From a phage, in the sequence record PZ452581.1: a DNA stretch of 64,000 nucleotides. One strand, given 5' to 3'. Under the pieces are notes generated by a model. That model saw nothing but the letters and a program-made list of their open reading frames with translations, did not search any database and was not told the origin of the DNA. Below, piece after piece: positions 50,768-60,338 of this stretch (positions within the stretch are counted from its first letter, which is position 1; every line of letters starts with the position of its first letter). The position numbers were made by a program, and so were the translations under genes.

Positions 50768-52087
50768 TCACACATAAAATACGTCATAACGACCACGGGT
50801 AACACCAACATAAAGAAGTTGTTGAGCCAATTCAGCATCTGCATAATGAATACAAGGCGTATAAATGAAAGCACGGTCTACAGACATACCCTGAGCTTTA
50901 TGGAATGTTGATGCAGGAAGTGCTTTCACTTTACTAAACTGTGATTTAGCATCCCAAAAATCACTCCACGGAGCTTTTCCGCCTTTGTTCCAATTTTTAT
51001 AAGTTTCTGCCGTTTTACCTAAAAATAGGTTAAACTTATATAGCTCTTCATCAGATGAAATTATTTTAATCTTTTCACGATAATATTCATCATCGCCGTA
51101 AGTTTCTACTGTTAAATCCCAATGACGAATTAAGTATTCTCCAGGAACACCACGAGCTTTAACAAACGTCGATGTATACTCTGCTTCTATAATACGAACT
51201 AATTGTCCATTATTAAAAATAATTTCTGACACAGGCTTTCCATCAATTTTATATGTTTTAATTAATGGTTCCTGCATTACAATAATTTCACCGACAATAA
51301 AATCTTTATCAGTTTCAAAAATCTTTTTACGAATAATGCTATTTAACTTGTCAACAGATTTATTCGTAAATGCCATTACGCGATTTTCAAACAAATCATC
51401 TAATGATTTTACGATTGAAAAATAATTTACCATAAAATCGCGTAAAGCGGTATCACCAGTAAATCCACGTACTCCATGCCCGTCAACAACTTTATCATAA
51501 ATCCACTTACCGTTACGAACATCAGTAGCTACATCAATAATAGGAGCATTACTGCGTTTAACTTCAGTAAGTTCACACTGATAAAAATCTTTGTGTGTAA
51601 AGAATGGACTGATATAAGCAGTATTTTCTCCTGGGTCAACAGGTCTAATTTGCTTATTATCACCTATTCCAATTATAGTACACCAAGGTGGAATAGTTGA
51701 AAGCAAAATTTTAAATAGCTTTCTATCATACATTGACACTTCGTCGCAGATTAATACCTTGCATTTAGCTAAATCTGGTACTTCCTTCTGTTCAAAAAGA
51801 ACGTTTTCTTCATACGTAACTGGGTTAATTTTAAGAATACTGTGAATAGTACTCGCTTCTTTCCCCGACAGTTTTGAAAGAATCTTTTTAGCTGCATGAG
51901 TAGGAGCTGCTAAAATAATACCAGTTTCACCCGTAGATATTAAAGCTTCAATGATGAACTTAGTAAGAGTAGTCTTACCAGTACCAGCAGGTCCATTAAT
52001 AGTTACATGATGTTTCTTTTCTTTAATAGCCCTCATAACGATGTTAAAGGCATTTTTCTGGCCTTCTGTCAAATCATCAAATGTCAT
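50768..52087 (-). CDS. dda: Dda DNA helicase (SF1)
   Basis: 439 aa; Walker A GPAGTGKTT. Confidence 0.9.
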   Translation of the reverse strand: MTFDDLTEGQKNAFNIVMRAIKEKKHHVTINGPAGTGKTTLTKFIIEALISTGETGIILAAPTHAAKKILSKLSGKEASTIHSILKINPVTYEENVLFEQKEVPDLAKCKVLICDEVSMYDRKLFKILLSTIPPWCTIIGIGDNKQIRPVDPGENTAYISPFFTHKDFYQCELTEVKRSNAPIIDVATDVRNGKWIYDKVVDGHGVRGFTGDTALRDFMVNYFSIVKSLDDLFENRVMAFTNKSVDKLNSIIRKKIFETDKDFIVGEIIVMQEPLIKTYKIDGKPVSEIIFNNGQLVRIIEAEYTSTFVKARGVPGEYLIRHWDLTVETYGDDEYYREKIKIISSDEELYKFNLFLGKTAETYKNWNKGGKAPWSDFWDAKSQFSKVKALPASTFHKAQGMSVDRAFIYTPCIHYADAELAQQLLYVGVTRGRYDVFYV

Positions 52088-52395
52088 CGGAAAGTCCCTG
52101 CAATTGGAATACTAACAATACGCCCAGTATCTAGAATTCGTTGATATAATCTTTGTGTATCTACATCAGGCTTAACATGTTTAACTTCTATTTTATTAAA
52201 CCAAAACTTGCGTGGAGTCTCAACTAGTCTTGGAATTCCCATACCTAAAGCTAGTTTATATTGGTCTTTGAGAGTAGTAAAAACTCTATCAGCAATCTCT
52301 CTTTCAAAAAACACAGCAGGACGATGTTCATCAAGTGGAACTGGCGCCGTAAATCCGTCTTTGTCTCGGTAAACTATCGCATATACATAAACCAT
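52084..52395 (-). CDS. hypothetical protein (dda.1-like)
   Basis: 103 aa; ATGA overlap. Confidence 0.55.
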   Translation of the reverse strand: MVYVYAIVYRDKDGFTAPVPLDEHRPAVFFEREIADRVFTTLKDQYKLALGMGIPRLVETPRKFWFNKIEVKHVKPDVDTQRLYQRILDTGRIVSIPIAGTFR

Positions 52396-52396
52396 A

Positions 52397-53143
52397 TTAT
52401 CCTCGGATAAGTTTAAAAATTGAACAATTTAGCGGGTATCCTCTTTTCAGTTTAAGTTTATCAATAAAAGACAAGTTTTGATACCGCTCTACACCTTGAA
52501 TAATTTTATCACACATGTCATATTGCATTTCTGCTTCTGACAACTTTTTCACAATTTTCCAATCCGAGCCTTTAAGAAGAACGTTCAGTTTAACAACTTC
52601 AGCGCCTTCTGCTATGCGAGAACCATCAATACGAGCTTTAAGTGCTATAATCCTTAGCTTAATGTCAGAGGTCTGTTTTGATTTAGAAAGCTGAGAAATG
52701 TGTTCAATTCGATTTTCACGCTTTTTCTGTATAGCTTTAATTTGATTATAAGTCTTTTTGATTTTAGCCCATTTCTTTTCATCTAAATTTAGTTTATGAA
52801 CTTTTTTCGCAGATGAACGACCAATTCGCAAAGCAAATAAATCACGCTTTTCAATCAACTCTTCTAAAGTATAATCAGAACGAAATGTATTATACTTTTT
52901 CTTTACTGCAATAACGTTCCCTTTAATGTATCCAATGTTATTATCAAAACGTTCTAATGATAATTTCTCTCCTTCAATACGATTATCAAAAGGTTCTCCC
53001 GAGTAAGCGCAAACTTTCTGATCTAAAATGTTCTTAATGTAATTGAAGTCTAAGTTAAAATCTTTAGAACGTCTTTTAGCAGATGCCTGAGTGTGCTCTA
53101 AACGACGTTTAATTTTACGAATTTGATTATTAGACAGTTTCAT
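52397..53143 (-). CDS. srd: Srd-like lysine-rich protein (assignment by size and synteny)
   Basis: 248 aa, highly basic; promoter motif 53172-53208 upstream. Confidence 0.55.
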   Translation of the reverse strand: MKLSNNQIRKIKRRLEHTQASAKRRSKDFNLDFNYIKNILDQKVCAYSGEPFDNRIEGEKLSLERFDNNIGYIKGNVIAVKKKYNTFRSDYTLEELIEKRDLFALRIGRSSAKKVHKLNLDEKKWAKIKKTYNQIKAIQKKRENRIEHISQLSKSKQTSDIKLRIIALKARIDGSRIAEGAEVVKLNVLLKGSDWKIVKKLSEAEMQYDMCDKIIQGVERYQNLSFIDKLKLKRGYPLNCSIFKLIRG

Positions 53144-53171
53144 ATTTTTCTCACATCTTACGGACGATTGA

Positions 53172-53208
53172 CTACTATACTATAACATTTTTACCTTGGC
53201 TTGTAAAC
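53172..53208 (-). promoter_or_regulatory. early promoter-like element
   Basis: Minus strand GTTTACAAGCCAAGGTAAAAATGTTATAGTATAGTAG. Confidence 0.5.
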
Positions 53209-53264
53209 AATTTTATGAAAAATGCTTCAAAAATTTCATGGTATAATGAATCTAAGTCCTTCCA

Positions 53265-53867
53265 TTATAGATTAAATCCTTCAAAATCAAGAGTATAGAT
53301 AGTGTATGTTGAATACTTTTTATACTCATATCTATCTGCAATTCTAAATACACTTCCAGCTGGTATCATTACTTCTTGTTCATCTGAAACTAATTCCATA
53401 TTACGATAACGATGGCTATCCGGAAACTTAAAGTTTGGATTGTATTCTTTACAGCGTAGAGCTTTTATAGCATACTCCTGGAAATTGAATACCATAGGAG
53501 CTTTGAATTCAAAAATAACCTGTGTGTTATACTCTAAACCGGAAGCAAAATGTAGAGCTATATTTTTATCATATGAAGCTGATACGACTTTATCAAATGT
53601 AATAATATCAATTCCTTGATTTAACACCTGCTTAGTCTCGACTGGAACACCTCTCCAAAGAGGTTTATCGTTTGGAACCAAACGAGATTTGATTATTTCA
53701 TTTAACCAAGTATGGTCATCTGGCTTATTGGTAATACAATGAATTAAAAGTTCAATTTCAGATAAATTAAACCCTTCAGAAAGTAATTCTTCACGAATAG
53801 AAGCACGCACCGATGCATCCATTGATTTTATTTTAAAATCTTTTAGTTGCATTACTGAGTATTTCAT
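53265..53867 (-). CDS. modA: ADP-ribosyltransferase ModA-like
   Basis: 200 aa; paralogous to adjacent ORF; size and synteny match T4 modA. Confidence 0.65.
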   Translation of the reverse strand: MKYSVMQLKDFKIKSMDASVRASIREELLSEGFNLSEIELLIHCITNKPDDHTWLNEIIKSRLVPNDKPLWRGVPVETKQVLNQGIDIITFDKVVSASYDKNIALHFASGLEYNTQVIFEFKAPMVFNFQEYAIKALRCKEYNPNFKFPDSHRYRNMELVSDEQEVMIPAGSVFRIADRYEYKKYSTYTIYTLDFEGFNL

Positions 53868-54487
53868 TCAACTACCTCAATATCATAAACTTTAAATGTT
53901 CCAAATGAATCGTGTAATTTTTCTTTTGAAATAGAAGTTATTCTATACTTTCCAATTGGAATCATCCATTCTTGTTCATGCACAATCATCATTAAGTTAT
54001 CAGTACGCTCTGAATCTAACCCATCAGTATCTTCATATGTATACTTAAACTCAGTATTAGGAGAAGAAAGTATAATATCGCTGATATGGTCAGAGTAATT
54101 AAAAGCTTTATCAGTTTTTAAACGAAGTATTGTTTCAGTGAAATATTCAGCATAAGAAAAAGAACACGCTGTATGCAAACTAGTAGTAAATGAATCTACC
54201 CTGTTCGTTGAAAACACTTCTCCAACTTGTAAATCTTTAATAAGTTCTTTTGTCGATTTTGATATACCACGATATAATTGATAAGGTGATTTAGTTAAAT
54301 GCTTTTTAACGATTTTATTCAACTGCCGATGAAGAGCTTCATTCTTTTTTGCTTCCATACATTGCCAAAGAACAGACTGCTCAAAATCAGTAAATTTTTC
54401 ACAGACCTTTTTATACATATCATATTGAAAATCAACGCTTTCAGCTTTTATAGATAACTGTTCAACATCTGCAGGATTAATAATCAT
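53864..54487 (-). CDS. modB: ADP-ribosyltransferase ModB-like
   Basis: 207 aa; ATGA overlap with modA; size and synteny match T4 modB. Confidence 0.65.
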   Translation of the reverse strand: MIINPADVEQLSIKAESVDFQYDMYKKVCEKFTDFEQSVLWQCMEAKKNEALHRQLNKIVKKHLTKSPYQLYRGISKSTKELIKDLQVGEVFSTNRVDSFTTSLHTACSFSYAEYFTETILRLKTDKAFNYSDHISDIILSSPNTEFKYTYEDTDGLDSERTDNLMMIVHEQEWMIPIGKYRITSISKEKLHDSFGTFKVYDIEVVE

Positions 54488-54504
54488 GATAGCCTCCGTA
54501 TACT

Positions 54505-54543
54505 TCAGAAGCTATCATATCATCGTTAGAAAGGAAAGTAAAC
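54505..54543 (-). promoter_or_regulatory. early promoter-like element
   Basis: GTTTAC and downstream TATGATAGC on minus strand. Confidence 0.45.
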
Positions 54544-54554
54544 AACTTTTTGAA

Positions 54555-54737
54555 TTATTTTGCCCAGGGAGCCCAAGGCGGAGGGTCAAGATGGTATGAA
54601 GCTAGTTCTTCTAGAAGAGCATCTGGGGCTTCAATTCCATAATTCTGTAATACTATACGGTATTCTTTCTTATAATCACTAGAATCATTCTGGATATTCG
54701 TAGAATGATTATCTTCTAACATCTCAAATAAATCCAT
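54555..54737 (-). CDS. hypothetical protein
   Basis: 60 aa. Confidence 0.5.
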   Translation of the reverse strand: MDLFEMLEDNHSTNIQNDSSDYKKEYRIVLQNYGIEAPDALLEELASYHLDPPPWAPWAK

Positions 54738-54745
54738 ACTAATTC

Positions 54746-55216
54746 CTAGCGATAAAAACCAAATTGACGATTAGCTTCAATAATCTTTCTTTCTTCTTCG
54801 GACATTCTCCAGCGTAGTCCAACATCAAAATGAGCCCAGACCATCCTAACAAATGCATTTATATCTTTAATATCTTCAATAATGAATGTTTTACTTTTAG
54901 AAGGTTGACTCGCTAATTTAACTTTATCGTCTTCAAACATGTCAAAAAGACCATATTCATGAGCTCTTTTATAGCCTTTAATAGTTAAAGCTTCAGAAGA
55001 AGAAAATGGTGAATCTGTATTCTGCAAAATATCTTCAGTATGCTTTATAATTAGAATAACATTTTCTGGATATTTTCTTTCTTTTATATCTTTAATTAAA
55101 ATATCTGGATTTTCTGCTAAAGGAATAATTAATGAGCACTTTTTATCAAGTGTATTTACTGATTTACCTTCTTTAGACATAAATTCTATTGAATATAATT
55201 TTGCTACTTCAATCAT
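54746..55216 (-). CDS. hypothetical protein
   Basis: 156 aa. Confidence 0.55.
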   Translation of the reverse strand: MIEVAKLYSIEFMSKEGKSVNTLDKKCSLIIPLAENPDILIKDIKERKYPENVILIIKHTEDILQNTDSPFSSSEALTIKGYKRAHEYGLFDMFEDDKVKLASQPSKSKTFIIEDIKDINAFVRMVWAHFDVGLRWRMSEEERKIIEANRQFGFYR

Positions 55217-55369
55217 GTGATTTCCTTTTGCCTACTAATGGACCGTCAGGAATTTTATTTTCCTGGATATACTTCTCATTTTCTTCCATCATTTTACTGC
55301 CAATTTTAAGAAGCAAATCCAATGCTTCATTTGCTTTAGCCTTTGCCTCTTCTAACGTCATATCTTTGG

Positions 55370-55573
55370 TCATGATTTATCACCATAGATGTCTCTCATC
55401 AATTTAAGCGCTGAGCGTTCTAATTTCTTTTCTTTCTCAGCACTAATCATTGATTTCATCCATTCTTCTGACTCGTTCTGTATTTCTTTATTTGCCTGTT
55501 CAACCCAACCATCATCAATATACATTGAGTTTGGTCTATTGAACCATTCAAGCATTTTCTTCAGAACTTTCAT
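55370..55573 (-). CDS. hypothetical protein
   Basis: 67 aa. Confidence 0.5.
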   Translation of the reverse strand: MKVLKKMLEWFNRPNSMYIDDGWVEQANKEIQNESEEWMKSMISAEKEKKLERSALKLMRDIYGDKS

Positions 55574-56045
55574 TTGTTTTACCTAAAACGATAGTATGGA
55601 CACCGTCAAATTCATGAATTTTTAGCAAATTTGGATTTAAATTATTCCATAAAGAGGTAATAAAATATGATAGCGCACTTTCGTCCGTAATTATAAATTT
55701 ATTTCCCTTATCAATTTTCCAGTCATATATTGAATCATATGAATAGAAGGATAACGGTTTATTATTATAGTATGCTTCAGCAACATCAATATAGTTAGAT
55801 TTAGTAAATGCTTGAATTGCCATAAATGGAGAATTTTGTACAGTTTCAATAATTCCGATCTTTTTAAGTTTTATTTCAACATCTTCTGGAACTGGCATTG
55901 AAATAAAATCTTCTACTAGATACATGTCATTGTCATATCTTTTATCAATCATTACTGCTACTGTAATTGGAACATCCTTGACAAACGCCATACTAATACT
56001 ATTGATAGACATTTCAAATAAAATCGCTTCCATAATTTTCCTCAA
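55548..56045 (-). CDS. hypothetical protein
   Basis: 165 aa. Confidence 0.55.
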   Translation of the reverse strand: MRKIMEAILFEMSINSISMAFVKDVPITVAVMIDKRYDNDMYLVEDFISMPVPEDVEIKLKKIGIIETVQNSPFMAIQAFTKSNYIDVAEAYYNNKPLSFYSYDSIYDWKIDKGNKFIITDESALSYFITSLWNNLNPNLLKIHEFDGVHTIVLGKTNESSEENA

Positions 56046-56383
56046 TCACAAGATGTAGATGAACAACTAGAATCACAAGAACTTTCACATGAATCACCCG
56101 TCCACACATGAACAGGAACATTAGTATCATATGAATCAGAACTAGACTGTGTATTCTGCGTATTAGATGATGTAGTAGGTGTTGACCAGCGCCAAGGATT
56201 TTTATAATATTCCTGGGCTTCTTCATAAGTCATAGTAACTGCTTCTACTGTTCCATCTCCCATATAAACATATTCAACTACAGTTAAAGGGAGGTAGTCG
56301 TTTGAAATAGGAACTACACCTTCTCCGGGAGTTGTAGAGAAAAAATCCGTAAAGAAACTTTTAAACCAATTAAAGATAAACAT
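56042..56383 (-). CDS. hypothetical protein with hydrophobic N-terminus and Cys/Ser-rich C-terminal tail
   Basis: 113 aa; C-terminal [16 protein letters not shown]. Confidence 0.55.
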   Translation of the reverse strand: MFIFNWFKSFFTDFFSTTPGEGVVPISNDYLPLTVVEYVYMGDGTVEAVTMTYEEAQEYYKNPWRWSTPTTSSNTQNTQSSSDSYDTNVPVHVWTGDSCESSCDSSCSSTSCD

Positions 56384-56589
56384 TACAAAAAGCCTCTCTT
56401 GAATTCGACTTGCTTTTCGCCATAATCATATCGAATCTCTGCATTAAATTCGACAGAACCATCTGCGTACATCATAAATGAATGCACAACAACTTCTGTA
56501 GACCATGGCTGCAGTTCATATTTCTTCATTACATGCCGTGAAATGATAATATCTAAATCTTCATTTGGTTTAATCCAGCGATTTAACAT
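56383..56589 (-). CDS. hypothetical protein
   Basis: 68 aa. Confidence 0.5.
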   Translation of the reverse strand: MLNRWIKPNEDLDIIISRHVMKKYELQPWSTEVVVHSFMMYADGSVEFNAEIRYDYGEKQVEFKRGFL

Positions 56590-56649
56590 AGTGCTCTCCT
56601 CTATAAGATAATTCTATTATACCATACTCATTTTGATATGTAAACTGCA

Positions 56650-56680
56650 AAAACGAAAAAAGGAACCCCGAAGGATTCCT
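56650..56680 (-). terminator. intrinsic terminator downstream of soc
   Basis: Hairpin AGGAACC-CCGAA-GGAUUCCU followed by U-run on minus transcript. Confidence 0.6.
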
Positions 56681-56686
56681 TAAATT

Positions 56687-56944
56687 TTAACCACCAATAC
56701 CTGGAGTTGGCGTAACAGTCCAAAGACCTTCATTAGCAGTGATCCATTCAGTACGCTGATTTTCTTCATATACTGTAGAATATGCTGCTTTTTCAGAAGG
56801 GAATGTCTGATAATGAGCACCAGAAATTTTGTGAACATCAGAATAAAGAGGGAAAGCTACAGAAATTTCTTTACCCTGAATTGTACCACCATCAACTGCT
56901 TGGTCAAATGTTTTGATATTAACATAACCGCGAGTACTAGCCAT
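56687..56944 (-). CDS. soc: small outer capsid protein
   Basis: 85 aa; MASTRGYVNIKTF...ISVAFPLYSDVHKISGAHYQTFPSEKAAYSTVYEENQRTEW recognised as Soc (diverged from T4 at both ends). Confidence 0.9.
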   Translation of the reverse strand: MASTRGYVNIKTFDQAVDGGTIQGKEISVAFPLYSDVHKISGAHYQTFPSEKAAYSTVYEENQRTEWITANEGLWTVTPTPGIGG

Positions 56945-56960
56945 GTAATTCTCCTTTTAT

Positions 56961-57170
56961 TTAAATTACATGATTATTTATAATAAATTCTCGCGGAACG
57001 TTAAAATATCCGATTTTAGTTAATATAACAACATCACCATTAATAATTACCGGAGAATAATCTTCTGAAGCATTAAATTTCCAATGGGCTCTAATATTAT
57101 ATCCATCAGAACCAAATGCTCGACTAGCCGGTCTCCCGGCTTTTTGCCATGCATAAAAATCAAATTTCAT
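56961..57170 (-). CDS. hypothetical protein (soc.1-like)
   Basis: 69 aa. Confidence 0.5.
   Translation of the reverse strand: MKFDFYAWQKAGRPASRAFGSDGYNIRAHWKFNASEDYSPVIINGDVVILTKIGYFNVPREFIINNHVI
56975..56982 (-). promoter_or_regulatory. late promoter TATAAATA for soc
   Basis: Exact TATAAATA on minus strand about 30 nt upstream of soc ATG. Confidence 0.6.
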
Positions 57171-57370
57171 TTTGAATGCTCTATAATTAATTTTAAGGCT
57201 TCTTCACGCACCAACTTGTCTAATGGTATATGCCCAGTTTTAATTGTGTAAGCTTTGTGGAGCTGATTAGATAAGAGCTCGTATGTGAGCTCTTTGTCAT
57301 AATCTTTAAATAGCTGGTCAATACGTTTCTTGCGGGCTTTCTTAAGCTGGCGTTTATTTAAACGAGCCAT
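57167..57370 (-). CDS. hypothetical basic protein (soc.2-like)
   Basis: 67 aa. Confidence 0.5.
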   Translation of the reverse strand: MARLNKRQLKKARKKRIDQLFKDYDKELTYELLSNQLHKAYTIKTGHIPLDKLVREEALKLIIEHSK

Positions 57371-57888
57371 TAATAGCCTCTGTCTTGACGAGCGAAGTTT
57401 TCAGCATTTTTCAGATAATAAAGTTTAAATATTTCTTCAGCTGACATTCCAAGAGCAATAAATTTATTCATGAAAAAGTGAAATTGGTCAATCAGTTCAA
57501 ATTTAATTTCAAGCTGATCTTCAGGAGATAAGTCTTGAATTTTCTTGGATTGCATTTCAGAATAACGTTTCTTCCAAGGTTTCCATACAGCAGAAGCTTC
57601 TTTTTCACCATTACTCATACCACCAAGAGAAGTATATAGCTCGCGAGTTTCGTCTGCGATATAATCGTCTTGGTTTCGCAGCCAAGCAAGAACTTCTCCT
57701 GCAGTTTCAAGTGAATCAGGATGACGATTTGTTTCTGGTTTATCATTAGCCAAACGAATCTGTAAATGCCGCTGCATGTCAAGCATAACCTGCAATGGGT
57801 CAATACTGTGCATAATATACTCAGCATATGCACGATTTGCTTTATCAACACCTTCGATCAAATGAGCACATTCATTAAAGTGAGCCAT
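57370..57888 (-). CDS. 56: dCTPase/dUTPase (MazG-like dCTP pyrophosphatase)
   Basis: Internal ATG at 57888 with AAAGGAAA Shine-Dalgarno gives 172 aa starting MAHFNECAHLIEG; track ORF extends to 57981. Confidence 0.9.
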   Translation of the reverse strand: MAHFNECAHLIEGVDKANRAYAEYIMHSIDPLQVMLDMQRHLQIRLANDKPETNRHPDSLETAGEVLAWLRNQDDYIADETRELYTSLGGMSNGEKEASAVWKPWKKRYSEMQSKKIQDLSPEDQLEIKFELIDQFHFFMNKFIALGMSAEEIFKLYYLKNAENFARQDRGY

Positions 57889-57959
57889 TATTTTTCCTTT
57901 CAATTCATGGGTTAGTAGATTAATTATACAATAAATATATAAAGCAATAAGGAGGACAT

Positions 57960-58160
57960 ATGGTACAAAAATTAATGGCACTTGTTAATGCCATAAAAGG
58001 TAATAAAAAACGTATAGCTTTTACTATTTCTGCTATGGTAGGAATTTTACTCTGGAACTTTATTTTATCACCAATTGCAATTGCGCATGGTGTTAATATT
58101 CCAGTAGTTACTCTTGATACATTCGTAGATCTAGCATTTGCTTTAGTTGGGTTAATTTAA
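57960..58160 (+). CDS. antisense small membrane protein (66 aa)
   Basis: Strong AAGGAGG Shine-Dalgarno 5 nt before ATG; two hydrophobic segments; fills the 56-61 gap; stop overlaps gene 61 stop. Confidence 0.5.
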   Translation: MVQKLMALVNAIKGNKKRIAFTISAMVGILLWNFILSPIAIAHGVNIPVVTLDTFVDLAFALVGLI

Positions 58161-59185
58161 ATCTTAGCATATTTAGATAGCCGCATTTTAGCCATCAACC
58201 CCTGGGCAATATTATTTTTCATATATTCCATAATTTGTTCAGGGGTTGCACCTTCCTTTCTAATCATATCATTGACATCTTTTGATTTCCAGGGAGATTT
58301 ATCCCAAAACATAACCCTTTCTCCTGCATCAACTAATTTAGTCATTCGCTTAATAGTGTCAGGATGACGAGGTTCATTATCTAAAACCCACACACGTCTA
58401 TCTTTAAATGGAACAACTTCTAGGTCTAATTGACCACCCGTAATAGCTATACCATTTTCAATAAAAAGTGAATCTATAGGTCCTTCTAGAACATATACAT
58501 CACCATCTTTAACTCGTTCGACTCCATAGATTTTTGTTGCTTCAGGATAAGCTTTGATGGTGATATATTTTTGGGGAGCATCTTTCTTTAATGCACGTCC
58601 TTGAAAAGACTCAGCTTTTCCATTAGCATTATAAATTGGAATAACAAGACGAGGCTCAGGTATTTCCTTTTTATATGTTCCCGGTGCTATGCTATTAACT
58701 AATTTAGGCCATTCAGTTGTAAACCAAAGATATTTCCATTTATCCTTTGGAATACAACGAGCTTTTACATATTTTATAATTGCATGGTCTTCCGCCAGTT
58801 TATCTAATCGAACACATGACGGAAGAGATTTAATTATTTTCTTCTCAGGTTGTTTAGGAAGTTCTTTAGGTTTTTCTACTGGACGACTTTTACCTTTTTC
58901 TTTTCTTATTTCAAAGATATACTCACGATATAAATCAGGTTCAAACTCCTTTAAATATATTCCGATTGGTGCATGATAGTTACAGTTATAACAATGAATA
59001 TTTCCTTCATTATTATCACCATAATACCATCCACGAGCTTTATTCTGGTCGGTTTTTGAATCTCCACAAACAGGACATCTAAACCGTAATTTAAAAGTTG
59101 AACTATTATTTACTTGTGTGAATTTAGGTAAATGAGCTAATGCACGGTATGCAAACTCATTATCAATCCAAGGTATTGATGACAT
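58157..59185 (-). CDS. 61: DNA primase
   Basis: 342 aa; zinc ribbon CPVCGDS...HCYNC and TOPRIM motif EGPIDSLF. Confidence 0.9.
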   Translation of the reverse strand: MSSIPWIDNEFAYRALAHLPKFTQVNNSSTFKLRFRCPVCGDSKTDQNKARGWYYGDNNEGNIHCYNCNYHAPIGIYLKEFEPDLYREYIFEIRKEKGKSRPVEKPKELPKQPEKKIIKSLPSCVRLDKLAEDHAIIKYVKARCIPKDKWKYLWFTTEWPKLVNSIAPGTYKKEIPEPRLVIPIYNANGKAESFQGRALKKDAPQKYITIKAYPEATKIYGVERVKDGDVYVLEGPIDSLFIENGIAITGGQLDLEVVPFKDRRVWVLDNEPRHPDTIKRMTKLVDAGERVMFWDKSPWKSKDVNDMIRKEGATPEQIMEYMKNNIAQGLMAKMRLSKYAKI

Positions 59186-59187
59186 TT

Positions 59188-59352
59188 TTACTCTTCTTTT
59201 TCTTTAGATTCCTCTTTTTTCTTTTTAGGAATCTGTTCAGGGCCTTTATTTACTACAGCGCCTGACGTTGTTCCAGTAGAGATATTTTCAGGATTACCAC
59301 CTGAATCTCCAGCGACCATATCTTCTTTGATAAATTCTTTATATGTTTTCAT
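59188..59352 (-). CDS. small hydrophilic Lys/Glu-rich protein (54 aa)
   Basis: ATG overlaps stop of upstream ORF (TAATATG); below track cutoff. Confidence 0.35.
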   Translation of the reverse strand: MKTYKEFIKEDMVAGDSGGNPENISTGTTSGAVVNKGPEQIPKKKKEESKEKEE

Positions 59353-59398
59353 ATTAACCTCTATTCATAAAAGCATTAAAAATTTGGTCATCAATAGA
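59350..59398 (-). repeat. 49-bp junction-cassette direct repeat, copy 1
   Basis: CATATTAACCTCTATTCATAAAAGCATTAAAAATTTGGTCATCAATAGA; second copy at 59708-59756 with 1 mismatch. Confidence 0.8.
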
Positions 59399-59710
59399 TG
59401 GAATAGCAACCTTTTCGGCATCATTTAGCAAATCATTAATTTCATCAGATAGCATAACACATGTGCCTTTATTTCCTGTAATTGTTACTGCACAATTACG
59501 AACGTTTTCTTTATCAAAATTTAGGTTAATATTTTCGTAGTGAAAATCCTTTAATGCCGAATATATCTTTAAAATGAAATTGTCTTTTACTACAATAAAC
59601 CCAACTTCACTATTAAAACGTGGTTCATGGAAACTATAATAAACCTTTTCATCTATAAAATCGTATGAAATTTTTTCCATTTTTAAATATGAAAATTCAG
59701 AACTATACAT
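59354..59710 (-). CDS. hypothetical protein (61.x family, shared C-terminal tail)
   Basis: 118 aa ending SIDDQIFNAFMNRG. Confidence 0.55.
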   Translation of the reverse strand: MYSSEFSYLKMEKISYDFIDEKVYYSFHEPRFNSEVGFIVVKDNFILKIYSALKDFHYENINLNFDKENVRNCAVTITGNKGTCVMLSDEINDLLNDAEKVAIPSIDDQIFNAFMNRG

Positions 59711-59756
59711 ATTAACCTTTATTCATAAAAGCATTAAAAATTTGGTCATCAATAGA
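59708..59756 (-). repeat. 49-bp junction-cassette direct repeat, copy 2
   Basis: See copy 1. Confidence 0.8.
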
Positions 59757-60338
59757 AACATTTACTTTAGACTGTTTTTCTGATGGTAATTCATATCCAC
59801 ATATTACAATTTTGTAATCAATATCAAAATACACAGAAGCAATATGATTAATGATGTTTTCAGTAAAGTCTAAATCAACGTCAATATCTTTTTGACCACA
59901 GCCCAAAGGATAAATAATGCGAGTAATTCGATTATCTTTAACAAATATTCCACCGACATACTCTGTGCTGCGTTTAAAGTCTACACGCCGACGAAATGAA
60001 AAATATTCAGGCTCTCTATGAGCTCGGCTCATAGGACACAACGAGTAACTAGAATAAGAGATGTCAAATCCTACGCCTTCGATATGAGCCATAGTGTCAT
60101 GATTAAACCAATTATAATCGTACGCCAAATCCATTAGATTATAATATGTAAAAGACACCGGATTAACATCATTAGTCACAAGCATGTAATTAGCAACTGC
60201 TATAATTTCATTGTTTTTAACGAATACAAACCGTGATTGATGCGAATGACCTGGACCCGCGTTTTCACGATTAATGATATAACACTGGGCACTTTTATAT
60301 TTGTATGTATCTTTGCACTTGTGCATTTGATAGAGCAT
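59712..60338 (-). CDS. hypothetical protein (61.x family, two-module paralogue)
   Basis: 208 aa ending SIDDQIFNAFMNKG; internal FVKDN/IVVKDN modules. Confidence 0.55.
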   Translation of the reverse strand: MLYQMHKCKDTYKYKSAQCYIINRENAGPGHSHQSRFVFVKNNEIIAVANYMLVTNDVNPVSFTYYNLMDLAYDYNWFNHDTMAHIEGVGFDISYSSYSLCPMSRAHREPEYFSFRRRVDFKRSTEYVGGIFVKDNRITRIIYPLGCGQKDIDVDLDFTENIINHIASVYFDIDYKIVICGYELPSEKQSKVNVSIDDQIFNAFMNKG

